From positions 1,116,001 through 1,180,000 of the forward strand of contig BCGN01000003.1 in assembly GCA_001599295.1 (NCBI GenBank): DNA of 64,000 nt. Reading direction: 5' to 3'. This document shows, piece by piece, positions 32,872-44,685 of this stretch (position 1 is the stretch's first letter; every line of letters begins with the position of its first letter). This DNA comes from Sporopachydermia quercuum. Its lineage: Eukaryota. Made by a program: the position numbers and the translations under genes. Below the pieces are notes generated by a model, which was given only the letters and a program-made list of their open reading frames with translations, was not told the DNA's origin and searched no databases.

Positions 32872-35817
32872 CTATAATGGCTGATAAACAACNTCATTTA
32901 CATTCGGTAGATTGAAATGTCTACCCATTGTTCTTGTTGATTGCTGATTACTAGTAGGAATAGGGGTTCTTGTTGAGTTGACTGAATAATAAGCATCAAC
33001 ACCAAAATTGCTTTCTGCTCCTGAGCTACTTGGTTTTGAAGATGCAAGCAATGCATTCTCAGCATGTTCTGAACTACTAGAAGCATTATTGCCGCTATTG
33101 TCAAAATTCCTGTTGCTATTCTCATTATAATTGTCATTATTACCATTATTATAGTTCTCTCTAATTGTACCAGTAGCACCATAATTACTCACCGATAACC
33201 TTCTCAATAACGCAACTCTTTTTTTTGCTTTTCGAGAAGAAAACATAAACATTAACCCACATAAAAGTGTTAGGGTTATTGAGAGAATTCCTGCCAATGC
33301 TCCAACAAGTATAAGAATGATTGTTCTCATATAGAATGGTGATCCTTTATTTGTATGGCTTATCCAATTAGGTGATAGAAACTCATCAATAACAAGAATC
33401 ATGTTATTGTTTTTAGTTGTAGCTTTGCCCTTGCCCAAAACACGAACTTCTCGATCTTCACCTTCTACTATCTGGAACATCAGAGAATTTGTTCCTACTT
33501 TTCTGCATTTCAGATGAATATCATCAAGAAGAGTTGGGATTTCAAACTCTGGCTCATCTTCAAGAAGAATTTCGTTTTCTTTGTTTCTGTCGCTATAATA
33601 GTAGTCATCATCTTCGTTTTTCCCGCATCCTGTGCTGTTATTACAGCTACTATAAGGATCGCTTGAATCGAATCTTTCCAATAAATCAGTAATAGTATTG
33701 TTAGGTATAATATGGAGCTTTAGCAGAGTGTCAATATTAGGAGTGAATTCGGTGATATTCTCAAATAGTAGAGAATGTGATGTCGGTACTAGCAAAGAGT
33801 AATTTGAATCTGGTCGTAAAACATTTGTGAAGTTTCGTTTATGGAGCAAATTCAAGAATATCTGCTTCTTATTTGCTATCATAATATCTTCAAGGGAAAT
33901 ATCAACAATATCTGGGAATATCACTTCATCCACAGTGTGAACCACACCTTCGTTGAATATTATATCACAATCTATAACAGAGACTTCTGTTGAGTTGATT
34001 TTCATTGATCCATTTTCTAGAATGTTATTTGTAATGTTCAAAGGGTTTTCTCCTAATGTTGTGGAAACCAATTGGCCTTGGAAATCAGCATACATTAGAT
34101 CTGATACAATGATATTTTCTAATGTGAGTCTAAGAGCAGTTATATTATACTGCAGATATTCTAAAACTAAGTCCAAATCATCCCAAGCGTTATAGCATGG
34201 TAGAAAAATCGACCAGCCAACGCCGGTTGGTAATGGTAGCATATGCAGATCTTGTAGATATCTAAGAGATTTCGAGCAATGCATTCCAGGGTCAATTTCA
34301 GAATTAATCCCTGAAGGCGTGTCAAGACTATTATCTATTACATACAAATCAGTATTGCCAATAGAATAAAGACCACTTGTGATATATGTATCATGGTTCA
34401 ATTGGACCTTATACCCATTGTTTGAATAGGAAAGAGTTTTTACTTTAATTTTCTGAGGATTATGACCAAGCTTCTTGCTTCTCATTTTAGTAGATAAAAG
34501 GCCATTGAAAGGGAAGTCGATTTTCCGGTCAACAAAATGATACAAAACGGATGAAACACCTTGCGAGGTGAAATCAGAAGACTTATCGACAGCAGAATAC
34601 TTTACCTCGTTGTTATTGTTATTATCGTAATTATGATTGTCATTAATGTTCATAGGCTCATCATCCTTATCATCATCATCGGTGTCATCAATTGATAGGA
34701 ACGTCAATTCATCATCATCAGTATTGTGATGAGCAAATATTGTTTGTTCTATCTCGTTATTGGTCAATAATCCTCTAAGCTTCCTGAACCTAACTTCATC
34801 AACAAACCTACTACAATTAAGACCAAGCAAGTACTTCTCTGCATTCCATGAAATAACATCATACAACTTCAAATCTTCAAATATATGAATTACTCCAGTT
34901 TCTGTGAATTGAGTAGCTCTAGATGTAAATAATTCGTCTATAGTGACCGCCGTACCATCGTCAGTCGATTGGATAACCGTAGTAGAACCATCTGCCAATT
35001 CAATGGTAGTTAAATTAAAATTTCCTGCTAGAATATCATTCGTAGGACACATAAGTTTCTTCACTATAGATTCTCTGTCTCTTTTTGCTTCATCATCATC
35101 ATTAGTGAATATAAATGCTCTTTCCACAGACGTAAAGAATGTATAGAAGTACGAATCTGTTGGTAGAAAAAATGTATAGTTGTACTGTGGAAGTTGGAGA
35201 GAGTCAATTAATTCTTTACATTCTTTAAATAGTATTGAGACAAATTTTAACTTATGTTGCGCAATGAAACTGCTTGCTTCGTTCAATAGGAGCTCACTAA
35301 CATTTGGTGGTATAGTTAATACTTTATCAATGCCATGGACATAGCTTTCTTGATATTCAGCCGTTAAGTTCGGTTCCAAAACTTCAGCGTCTGAATTGAC
35401 AAACAGACCACCATTCTTAGCTGAATTGAAATCAAGCGATAGAGGGGAATGCGCTTTATTGAGAGCTCTTACAACTTGAACTCCTGTGAAGTCATCTGTT
35501 GAGATTGCCTCAGGTACCACATGATAAAGGATCTGATCACGAGTGATAGCATCAACGTTGATATCAACGAAAGCTGAATTTATAGGTGCGAATATTGATA
35601 TGTTGTATTGTTCATTGAGGAAAGGAATGAGGCCATTTGCTTGAAGAATCTGAAGAAAAGTTGAGAATTCAACTTTCTGTGATAACAGATCTATTACTGT
35701 TAAGCCAGGTTTATCATTTGGATTAGGGGGAGTATTTATTGAAAAGGCTAGTGAGTATTTGGTAAACGATGTAGTTATTATAAGCAATAACCACCAGCAA
35801 TGAGTTAAAATCTTCAT
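32872..35817 (-). CDS. Fasciclin (FAS1) repeat single-pass membrane protein, YLR001C-like
   Basis: The likely start is ATG 35817 (MKILTHCWW..., signal peptide). FAS1 motifs IFAPINSAF, ILYHVV, VHGIDKVL and GVVHTVD; C-terminal TM and cytosolic tail. Confidence 0.85.
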   Translation of the reverse strand: MKILTHCWWLLLIITTSFTKYSLAFSINTPPNPNDKPGLTVIDLLSQKVEFSTFLQILQANGLIPFLNEQYNISIFAPINSAFVDINVDAITRDQILYHVVPEAISTDDFTGVQVVRALNKAHSPLSLDFNSAKNGGLFVNSDAEVLEPNLTAEYQESYVHGIDKVLTIPPNVSELLLNEASSFIAQHKLKFVSILFKECKELIDSLQLPQYNYTFFLPTDSYFYTFFTSVERAFIFTNDDDEAKRDRESIVKKLMCPTNDILAGNFNLTTIELADGSTTVIQSTDDGTAVTIDELFTSRATQFTETGVIHIFEDLKLYDVISWNAEKYLLGLNCSRFVDEVRFRKLRGLLTNNEIEQTIFAHHNTDDDELTFLSIDDTDDDDKDDEPMNINDNHNYDNNNNNEVKYSAVDKSSDFTSQGVSSVLYHFVDRKIDFPFNGLLSTKMRSKKLGHNPQKIKVKTLSYSNNGYKVQLNHDTYITSGLYSIGNTDLYVIDNSLDTPSGINSEIDPGMHCSKSLRYLQDLHMLPLPTGVGWSIFLPCYNAWDDLDLVLEYLQYNITALRLTLENIIVSDLMYADFQGQLVSTTLGENPLNITNNILENGSMKINSTEVSVIDCDIIFNEGVVHTVDEVIFPDIVDISLEDIMIANKKQIFLNLLHKRNFTNVLRPDSNYSLLVPTSHSLLFENITEFTPNIDTLLKLHIIPNNTITDLLERFDSSDPYSSCNNSTGCGKNEDDDYYYSDRNKENEILLEDEPEFEIPTLLDDIHLKCRKVGTNSLMFQIVEGEDREVRVLGKGKATTKNNNMILVIDEFLSPNWISHTNKGSPFYMRTIILILVGALAGILSITLTLLCGLMFMFSSRKAKKRVALLRRLSVSNYGATGTIRENYNNGNNDNYNENSNRNFDNSGNNASSSSEHAENALLASSKPSSSGAESNFGVDAYYSVNSTRTPIPTSNQQSTRTMGRHFNLPNVNXVVYQPL

Positions 35818-37058
35818 TTTGAAAACTGTACAGTATTTGTTATATTCATTCCATGGGTTCATCAATACTTTCAAAAGTGCTTGTGATGATTGATTCACTT
35901 CCTGATTAATGATTAGTAGGAGGAAGATAAGTATTAGTGCGAAGGTAGCAGACATGAAAACAAATAAGCCCTCTAATAGCAACAGCTTTCAATTCTTCCT
36001 GGTGCAATGTAAAAAGTAACTAGTCGAAGAACTGAGAGATACTATCAGCTGATTTATAGATGGAACTACTGTTCTTACTAGAAGAAGCTGTATCACAACT
36101 GTGATACCAACTCTAAGCCTATATAGCAGTACTCGGAATGTGCCTTGCTATATATCTATACTCCTTCTATAATACAAAGATTTCATTTATATCTTTTATC
36201 AATTTACTGTACATCATCAAGCAAACGTACTATCAATTGTGGCTACAGTATCGTAGTTATCTTATCGTATCTTTAGTACCTTTTCCTCTGCTAATATGCT
36301 AATAGTTACTCTTTGCTAACATCAAAAGTTTCGTTCATCACAGCTTCGAGTTCTGCTCTAAAAGCATTTCCAATAACAATTTCACCTTCCTTTTTCATCT
36401 CCCACGTTAGATGTTTCTTTCCCATATGTTGCGTTTTTGCATCGATGCATCACTGATTGTTTATGGCAATGAAGATGTCATCAGTAAACCCGTGTACATA
36501 TGAGCAATAGCGAGATGATTAGTGATTATGTGATCAGAAAGAACATTCAGAGAGGTGAGATGAGATGTGAGAGTGATGTTCAGCTATTGGATTGAATGGA
36601 TGGTTTAGGGAGCAAAAACGTGGAAAAGTGGGGAAGAGGNGGAAGTTATTTTCAGGGCCCTTCAAATACTGAATAAATAACTTAAGTGTTTGAGGCTATA
36701 CTGATAGTGTATTAGGTACAGGATATATTGATAGATGGATGCTACAGAATGTATATAAGAGGTATATATTTATGATTACATAAACAATAACTGTTAGGAA
36801 AATGAAGAGTGCATGGTTTGTTATATAAATGATTACGTAATGATCTACTTAAGATGAAGACTACAGTGGATGAATCATATTAAGCATGTTTCTATTGAAT
36901 TACATAGGATTACCTTGTTAATTCTCCCAAATTAGAGCCGTCTATTTAACCGGTAATGTAACTCTGAATCTCGCTGATCAATTCCGCTGATCAATCTCGC
37001 CAAAATCAACAATACTGCAACACAGATTGTTGTATTACATAATCATTTAGTATTATAC

Positions 37059-37066
37059 TTACCCGG
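37059..37066 (+). promoter_or_regulatory. Reb1-type site TTACCCGG upstream of SGN1
   Basis: Exact octamer ~310 bp upstream of the ATG at 37378. Confidence 0.6.
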
Positions 37067-37377
37067 CCACATTATCACTCACTTATAATTTTTTCCTCTC
37101 AGTTATTTCTCTAGCAATTATCAACAAGAAAAATACTATAAATAATAATGGCAATGCTGATGGTAATGTTGATTACCTTTATTGTTAGCATTTTCTTTTA
37201 GACATCCACCATCTGTTCATTCTTTTGACAGTACAATACATCCTTATAACTATTGATATATTTGAAAAGTCTCTTATAGATTCTTTCCTTGCTCACACCG
37301 GCAACAGACATAATCGCGAGATACATGCCCATCTACCGTATCAACAAATTCACAATAAGATACGATTCATATTAAAC

Positions 37378-38025
37378 ATGAGCGATACTACAGATCAAAG
37401 TACTGAAGTAGCTGCACAAGCTGCTGCAGTGACTGAAAATACTACTGACGGTTCCCCAATCGAACAAAACTCCAATGAAGGTCAAAATGCCAATTCGAAT
37501 GAAATGGAAACTGAAGTAGATGGCGAAGAAGACGAAGAAATAAAAGCCATGAAAGATCAAATGGCTGTGATGGAAGCAGAAGCTGCTAAACTAAGAGAAT
37601 TACAGTCATCTTTAGAAGAGGAAAACTCAAGTTTACAAGACGATAAAGATGACATTGACGCTAGAAGTGTATTTATTGGTAATGTTGATTATGAAGTAAC
37701 CGCCGAAGATCTTCATGCTCACTTTGAAGGCTGTGGTACCATTAATAGAGTTACTATTATTTACGATAAATTCTCTGGTCATCCAAAGGGATTTGCTTAC
37801 ATTGAATTTGCTGAACCAAGTTTAGTTGCTAATGCCCTTTTGCTTAATGAAACATTACTGAATAATAGAAGTTTGAAGGTTCTACCTAAGCGAACGAATT
37901 TGCCGGGGTTCAATCGTGGCCGGGGCAGAGGCAGAGGACGTGGCCGCGGTGGAAGAGGAAGATTTGCTTCCAGAGGATATCGTGGAGGATTTAGAGGACG
38001 TGGACGTGGGTTTACTCCTTATTAA
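37378..38025 (+). CDS. SGN1: Poly(A)-binding RRM protein Sgn1/Pab2 (PABPN1 family)
   Basis: Acidic N-terminus, coiled coil ([12 protein letters not shown]), RRM ([29 protein letters not shown]) and an RGG tail ending FTPY. The first ATG is at 37378. Confidence 0.9.
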   Translation: MSDTTDQSTEVAAQAAAVTENTTDGSPIEQNSNEGQNANSNEMETEVDGEEDEEIKAMKDQMAVMEAEAAKLRELQSSLEEENSSLQDDKDDIDARSVFIGNVDYEVTAEDLHAHFEGCGTINRVTIIYDKFSGHPKGFAYIEFAEPSLVANALLLNETLLNNRSLKVLPKRTNLPGFNRGRGRGRGRGRGGRGRFASRGYRGGFRGRGRGFTPY

Positions 38026-38899
38026 GTGAGCTGTAAGCACCCTGGCATCTCATGCGAAAAAGTTCTTGATTCATTCGATTATTCGTAAGAAGGAAAAGAA
38101 AAGAACTAAGAACATCAATAAGTCAGCTTCAAACAAGAAAGACCAGAATTATACTACAATAAAGAATAATAATAATAATAACAATAACAATAATAATAAT
38201 AAAATATAGTATTGATAAAAATAATAATGAAAAGATAGAAATTAGAATTAGAACAAATTAAACAAAACTAATGAGAAGAAAAGTAAAAGAGTTCTAATAA
38301 GATGTCAAAAAAAGACAATAGAGATTAGAATAGGAAACAGACAAGAAAAGACAAAGAGGATTAGTATTAATTCTATTATGCAATTTTTCTTTTTCTTTTT
38401 TCTTTCTCTATTGCTTTTCAACTTGCTCTCAATAGCAGTACTTATAGAAATATCTATGAAACGAACATACTGTTATTCTTGTTATTTTATTTATTACTAT
38501 TATCACTCACCTTGCACGTCCACTGAACTCTCACCTGTTTGTTGGTCAGATATCATTCTCATCCAGACAATGATAGTAGTGTTAATTCATGGACTTTAAA
38601 CTGTATCAATAGAAAAAGAATCAAAACCTTGTATTATACGTTCAAAGCAATCACTTTATATCAACGCATTTAAAATACATTAACATTAGCATTTATTAAC
38701 TTTTTATGTCGAACCACTAGTCTCTCAAAATTGATATAATATAAATTATTTGTTTATATATACTAAGACACTAAAATAGTTTTCACCTATCAATTCTGTT
38801 ACATTCTCATATGACTTTTTCGCTCATATTGTTTATTCGCTTATGGAACAAAACTTGTAATGCTTAATATGCTATTACCATTTCCAGGTATCAAAATGA

Positions 38900-40747
38900 T
38901 TAAGCACAGATGGCAGCATAAGTACCAATCACTGCTAAGACGGAACTGATTGCTATAATAATGTATGAAACAATCCTCTCAGTAAATCCAACCTCATTCT
39001 TGAAAATGATCAAATTGAATATAAATGGTAAAATTATACATATCAGAAAGCATAATGAAGATCCCATAAATGCAATAATTCTATCAAAATCAGGGAAAGC
39101 AATTGCTACAATAACAAATATCAAATTAACAGCTAATCTTGTAAACAGCTGTCCCAGTTGTTTAGCAAACTTCTTTACTTTTGAATCAGTTTCCTCAATA
39201 TAAGCAATCCCAAGCAGAATATCAACAGTACTGAAAATAGGTCTTGCATTCAATGGTGTTTTTGCTAATGGAACAATAGAAATTAACACACTAACTAAAC
39301 CATAAACAAACTTAGGATATCCTTTGGTTAACAATAGCGATTTGGTTACTTCTTCTAATATGTCCTTACCAAACATGAGAAATCCTAGTACACCCATTGA
39401 TAAATCAGTGATGAATGTGATTTGAAATACAGTATCAATACACTGCTTGAACTTCTGAGGATGTCTCATATCTCTATAAATGTTTGGAAATACGGCGTGT
39501 CCACTCCAAGGAGCCATAAATATTCCAACTGCTAGCGGAATCTTGTTCCAACTTCTTGGCATAAACCATGTATGGGCAGGGTCAATTAAAGATCCAGGAG
39601 GATAGTTTTTATATAGCCCACTAAAGAATACAAGGAAAACAATACCAATAGTTGACATTATACCAAGAAACGATAAGAAGCTTAATGTTCTCAATGGGAA
39701 AAATGATAAAGGAGTCAATATAAAGAAAGCCAAAATTTTGTAATGGAGTTTGGAAATCTCCGGGAACAAAGCATTGAGAGAATCAGCAAATAGAACAATC
39801 AACGATACACCAGCAGCTGTTAAATCCAATGAGAACAGAATTGATATAAACAGTCTGGAATGCCCTCCAAAAGCAATATGGCCCAAGTCTGCATAAGTAA
39901 CCAATGTTGGATCTGTGTCTAAGCATTTAGCTAGTAGTCTTGCAGTATAATGAGTAAGAATAGCTGCTACTGATAGAATAATAATCCCAGGAACCCAACC
40001 AGAGTATTTGAAGCCTAAAGGTAAGGATAAAAGACCCACTCCAATGAGAATGTTCATTGAGTTAAAAATTGTTTGAGGAGCTGTTGACTGGCCTGCAATT
40101 ATTGTTACTACTTTACCATCTGGATGCTCAACTCGCTTCACTACTAATGGTGAAGGCTCTTCTTTAGACAGTATAGATATATGGGAAATAGTTGGCGTGA
40201 GCAAATTTCCAACGTTATAACTAGCAGTCGACAAAACACGCGATCGTGGCACTGCAATACCAGAAGGACCGTTTAAAATACCTGGAGGAACATGAGTGGT
40301 ACGTACCGATCCATATCCAATAGTTGATGCTGTCTCATCAAACACATCATTATCGTCACCAGCATAATCATAGTCATCAGGAAGAAACTCTTCGTCAGGT
40401 GGACCTGTTAAAACAGTAGAAAGTTTTCTTCCATGATATGCTGGTGCTAATGTATCAGGATCAAACACCTCATCATCATTATCAACGAAAAACGATCTTG
40501 CTCTTCCAAGTTCATGCGGTGGTTCAATATTGAAAAAGCTTTGAGCTCTGGTGTAAGAAGAGGCAAACCTTCCAAGAGAGTTCGGCCCTCTGAAGGATCC
40601 AAATGGAGTATTTAGTATACTTGATCTTCTTGAAATCGGCTGACCATTAGTATTTAGTGATCCTGTTGTAATTGCTTGAGCATGATCGTTGAGCGTTGCT
40701 TGATGTAATAAGGAATTCCTTTCATCATTTCTGTGCAATGAGGGCAT
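38900..40747 (-). CDS. AVT1: Vacuolar amino acid transporter Avt1
   Basis: GQSTAPQTIFNSMNILIGVGLLSLPLGFKYSGW, GHAVFPNIYRDMRHP and PLAKTPLNARP; long cytosolic N-terminus. Confidence 0.92.
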   Translation of the reverse strand: MPSLHRNDERNSLLHQATLNDHAQAITTGSLNTNGQPISRRSSILNTPFGSFRGPNSLGRFASSYTRAQSFFNIEPPHELGRARSFFVDNDDEVFDPDTLAPAYHGRKLSTVLTGPPDEEFLPDDYDYAGDDNDVFDETASTIGYGSVRTTHVPPGILNGPSGIAVPRSRVLSTASYNVGNLLTPTISHISILSKEEPSPLVVKRVEHPDGKVVTIIAGQSTAPQTIFNSMNILIGVGLLSLPLGFKYSGWVPGIIILSVAAILTHYTARLLAKCLDTDPTLVTYADLGHIAFGGHSRLFISILFSLDLTAAGVSLIVLFADSLNALFPEISKLHYKILAFFILTPLSFFPLRTLSFLSFLGIMSTIGIVFLVFFSGLYKNYPPGSLIDPAHTWFMPRSWNKIPLAVGIFMAPWSGHAVFPNIYRDMRHPQKFKQCIDTVFQITFITDLSMGVLGFLMFGKDILEEVTKSLLLTKGYPKFVYGLVSVLISIVPLAKTPLNARPIFSTVDILLGIAYIEETDSKVKKFAKQLGQLFTRLAVNLIFVIVAIAFPDFDRIIAFMGSSLCFLICIILPFIFNLIIFKNEVGFTERIVSYIIIAISSVLAVIGTYAAICA

Positions 40748-41056
40748 TTTGACAAGTGCTGTTTGATATGATTATCATATAACAAAAAAAGTCAGCAGCC
40801 AAAAAATAACAAGCTCAAAGCTATATTATAAATGCTATTCCTCTTGTTTTCTCTTTCTGTTTCACTATTATTCTATTAAATACTTTCCTTTGTTACCATG
40901 CATCCTTTGATTCACCACCTCTATTTGATCCAAGTTATAATAAGGAGATGAATGTGTGATCGATAGAACAGCCGCTTCTTGGTATAAATCTCCAACTATC
41001 CAAACAAAAAGCTCTTTCTAGCGAAATTCGATCAATAATAACATCAGATAGTACTT

Positions 41057-41102
41057 TTTGTCGTTTTTCCAGACTAGTTTGCCGTTTTTCCAGACTAGTT
41101 TG
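41057..41102 (+). repeat. 21-bp tandem duplication in the AVT1 upstream region
   Basis: tttgtcgtttttccagactag / tttgccgtttttccagactag / tttg, with one mismatch. Confidence 0.85.
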
Positions 41103-41437
41103 CATCCAAATCAACAATCAATTTGGTTTGACAGGCTGTTATGGAATTTGCTTCGAAAGAAGCTTCGATAACCTTAAATCTGTTTACTATGAGAGTTCCT
41201 GATGTCCAATTACAAGGGGTGGGGTGATGAAATGATAGGAGACAGAGTGAAACAATAAAGGACGAGGTTTTGGGCTCATATTTTGCTGAAACTTGAATTA
41301 AAATAGCTGGAAGTCTTCAGAGATAGAACTAGGATGATTTCGATGCATTCTAAATGAAGGATATATCTATTGAATTGTGAATAATCTAATAATAAACAGG
41401 TAAGCAAGTGTATGTTGGAAGTGCGTTTTGAAAGTTT

Positions 41438-41548
41438 GATAAGAAGAGGGATACTTAAAATGGTAATAGAACTACTGATTTGGGAACAACCACAAGGTTG
41501 ATAAGATGGACCTGTAACGAGACGGGTGTACTGAGGATTAATGATAAG
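41438..41548. promoter_or_regulatory. Cluster of three GATAAG (GATA-factor) sites upstream of AVT1
   Basis: GATAAG at 41438, 41500 and 41543, each in the context TGATAAGA. Confidence 0.5.
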
Positions 41549-42276
41549 AAAAAAAGTTGAGCAGTTAAAAATCAGCCCGATAATTCGGAAAATGAGTTAT
41601 TATTTCAGATGGTTAATGAGCGTGAATGTGAGATGTAATTTAGTTTCAGGGTTTCAGACCTTGGAGTCATTAAATTACTTGACATGGTTAGATGTCTAAT
41701 AGGGAGCGATGAGGTTGATTTGAATTTCGGAAAAGATAATGGCATTTTCCTAGCTGTTTTGGATCTGGTACTTATTGACCAAACTTTTCTATTTTAGTTT
41801 AATCACAAAGTAATGGTATCGTCAAAAATCTCTAACTTCTTTCTTGAAGTTATCAATTCAGATATACTTCATTTCGCATGCTGTCCTCTCTATATATCCT
41901 TTACTAAATCCTTCTCTCGGATACAAACTCATTTCATGTGTCTCTGGGTGTGGTTTCTCGAACACCTAGAGATCATGTGTTGTTTCAATACCGGAAAGCA
42001 TGTGATTTCGGAAATTATATGTTATTTGCTTACAGTAACATAGCATTATTCAATTTTTCTGCAATGTAAAGACAATAATTATCGCCTTCGCCATTCTCTA
42101 TATTCTTCTTCTTCCTATTGAGGAGTCTTTCTTAAAGTACAGTATTCGAGATTAAGTGTTACTATACATGAATATCTCCTTATGACCCTTGCTGATTTAA
42201 CTCCTCACCTAAGGTTAATCAACTCTTTCTGTCAGTTGTATCAAACCATTAGACTCCTTGACGTTCCATCTGAGCA

Positions 42277-44202
42277 ATGTCATTATTCAATAGACGTTTG
42301 AAGCATATCTCATCGCCAAATACATCAACGACTTCATCAACTACCTCTGCAAATATATCCAATACCGAAAGGACATATAAATGCTTTCCCTCTAGGTATT
42401 CTCATACAAGAGCTCGTTCCAAATCACCTTCTGATCACTGGAAAGTGAAACATGAAAATGACCACCCGTCTAATGACAGTACTTCGTATAATTCTTACCC
42501 GAGATCTGATAGAAACGAGTTAAACTTCCAGAGGAGGCATAGGGAACTTGAATCACAATCGAAATCATTCTCACATAATGATCCACGAAATAGAACCAAT
42601 CCAGAACCTCATACCCGTCAGAATTACTCGTCATCAATACCATCATTACGAAGTAAATCCTCTTCATACAAGTCATCACGTAGCAATGAAAACGAAGATA
42701 TAAAAGTTCAAAAATGGGTATCTCAAGAAGATGATTTTGCCCTACAACAATATTTCCGTGGTTGCATGCTTAGAATCAAAGATAAGAGAGATAAACCAAT
42801 TGATAGAATAGCGATTGTAGTGAAACTGAAAGATGGTATAGGAAGATCAAATTTAGATCAAGAAGTATTTGAAAACGTTGCTGGTGTTGTTATACCGGAG
42901 CCCGCCTACAGTTTAATTGACAAATTAACAAAAGATGAGATCCCTGAGCTTTTAATGAAAGAAATTCCGAAATACAAGAATCTGGATACATCTAAGAAAG
43001 AGAATGTCGCTTTCTGGGAGAGTATTGAATTGTATAGTAAACACAAGTTAAAGATGCTAAACAATGAAGAAGATCCAGAGGATAAACTTGTGAAAGTGAT
43101 GAAACATGATATAGACAAGGTTATCGATGGTAAGACACTGGATCAGTTGAATGACCTGCAGGCAAAAGTGAAGACCACTTTAAACTCCGATGCTGATGTA
43201 GACAAGGACTTCTGGACAGCTTTACATAAAGAGCTTCTAATACGAATAGCAAGAGAACGTATTGATAAAATTCTTATTCGTGCTATAGATACTTTGGTTA
43301 TGGAAATAAGCAGACTTCAAATGAGGGAATTATTCAAACACAAAGAGAAACAGGAAGAAGAAGGTATAAAGACGGAAAAGATGGAAAATGTTGGGAATGT
43401 GATTACGGTAAAAATAGAAGAGGACAAATTAGATGAGAAAACTGAAAATAATCTGTTTCCCTCATTTCCTATATCCAACAATGAGCTTATCCCAAATGAC
43501 TTGTTATACAGAAAAATTCAGCAGAATCCTTTGGATAAAGGGAAACTAATAAATGAGTATCAAGAATATCTTGCTGAGTATAGAAATTACTATAATTCTA
43601 ATATCGCAGCTAATGCTAGGCCTATTACAACTGTTGTTAAAGTGCAAGTTCAAAAACCTATTGACCCTTCTAAAGCAACAGTTGATCCTTTTATTGATTC
43701 TGCTTTCAATTCTATCCCATTAAATGATGATCAAGTTGCTTTCAACAATGATGAAAACCTAGTAAACATATTAGGAGATAAATATGCTAGCCAAAAGAAC
43801 AACATAAAACCTAGGTTTCATAATCGCGTAAAACTTGGCTTTGAATGGAGCAATTATAACAGATTGCATTTCGATTCAGACAATCCCCCACCAAAAGTCG
43901 TTCAAGGGTATTATTTCAATATATTTTATCCGTTATTGAAGGATTCTCCCAAAACACCAACATTCAAAATACTTAAACAAGGGATTGCCAAAGGGAAGCT
44001 ACAACATCCAGATAGTGGAATTGAAGAAGATACTTGTATTATATTATTTCAGGCCCCTGAGCCTTATCAAGATATTGGTTTCAGAATAGTCGATAGACCA
44101 TGGAATCGCCAATCACGAAATGAAGGTGGATTCAAATGTACTTTTGAAAACGGTGTATTACAACTTCATTTCAGGTTTAAGAAGTTAAGGTATCGAAAGT
44201 AA
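42277..44202 (+). CDS. Cactin (splicing factor; S. pombe Cay1 family)
   Basis: WVSQEDDFALQQ (cactin mid domain); KPRFHNRVKLGFEWSNYNRLHFDSDNPPPKVVQGYYFNIFYP...PYQDIGFRIVDRPW...LQLHFRFKKLRYRK (CactinC domain). Confidence 0.93.
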   Translation: MSLFNRRLKHISSPNTSTTSSTTSANISNTERTYKCFPSRYSHTRARSKSPSDHWKVKHENDHPSNDSTSYNSYPRSDRNELNFQRRHRELESQSKSFSHNDPRNRTNPEPHTRQNYSSSIPSLRSKSSSYKSSRSNENEDIKVQKWVSQEDDFALQQYFRGCMLRIKDKRDKPIDRIAIVVKLKDGIGRSNLDQEVFENVAGVVIPEPAYSLIDKLTKDEIPELLMKEIPKYKNLDTSKKENVAFWESIELYSKHKLKMLNNEEDPEDKLVKVMKHDIDKVIDGKTLDQLNDLQAKVKTTLNSDADVDKDFWTALHKELLIRIARERIDKILIRAIDTLVMEISRLQMRELFKHKEKQEEEGIKTEKMENVGNVITVKIEEDKLDEKTENNLFPSFPISNNELIPNDLLYRKIQQNPLDKGKLINEYQEYLAEYRNYYNSNIAANARPITTVVKVQVQKPIDPSKATVDPFIDSAFNSIPLNDDQVAFNNDENLVNILGDKYASQKNNIKPRFHNRVKLGFEWSNYNRLHFDSDNPPPKVVQGYYFNIFYPLLKDSPKTPTFKILKQGIAKGKLQHPDSGIEEDTCIILFQAPEPYQDIGFRIVDRPWNRQSRNEGGFKCTFENGVLQLHFRFKKLRYRK

Positions 44203-44685
44203 TTGAAGTATGCTGTGTATTCATTTTGCTTGATAAAAATCACCTGCTAAGTTATCGCTGGTTATGAATTGTGATGTCAACTAATGTATACTACTATTAT
44301 TTTATATTAGGTGATGAATACTGTGTTATATTAATACTATAAAACGTTATATCTTGAATTTTTTTTAATGACGCACTTGTATGCCGATTGTTCATTCTTT
44401 TACTCAGCAGGGCAAATGATAGTTCATTACTATTGACAACTATCAACAATACAACTCTCAAAACTTTCTTTCTTGTCTTTGAATGATCACTACAATTCTT
44501 CAAATGATCCTACTTCTACTATCCTTTATTCATCTAATACATTGTGAGATTAAATAGCAGTAAACATAACAGTATATATGAATAAATCCATGCAATAACA
44601 TAACATAAGAAATAACGGAGACATAACGAAATTTAACCCTACATAATATAATATACAACACCAGTAAAAATCATAAGCTGTTCTG

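Noticed and set aside
35818..35982. 55-aa N-terminal extension of the fasciclin ORF
   Set aside because: It begins at a TTG. The ATG at 35817 directly precedes a good signal peptide, although upstream in-frame ATGs cannot be fully excluded.
37225..37377. N-terminal extension of the SGN1 ORF
   Set aside because: It starts at a TTG. The first ATG, in an A-rich context, is at 37378.
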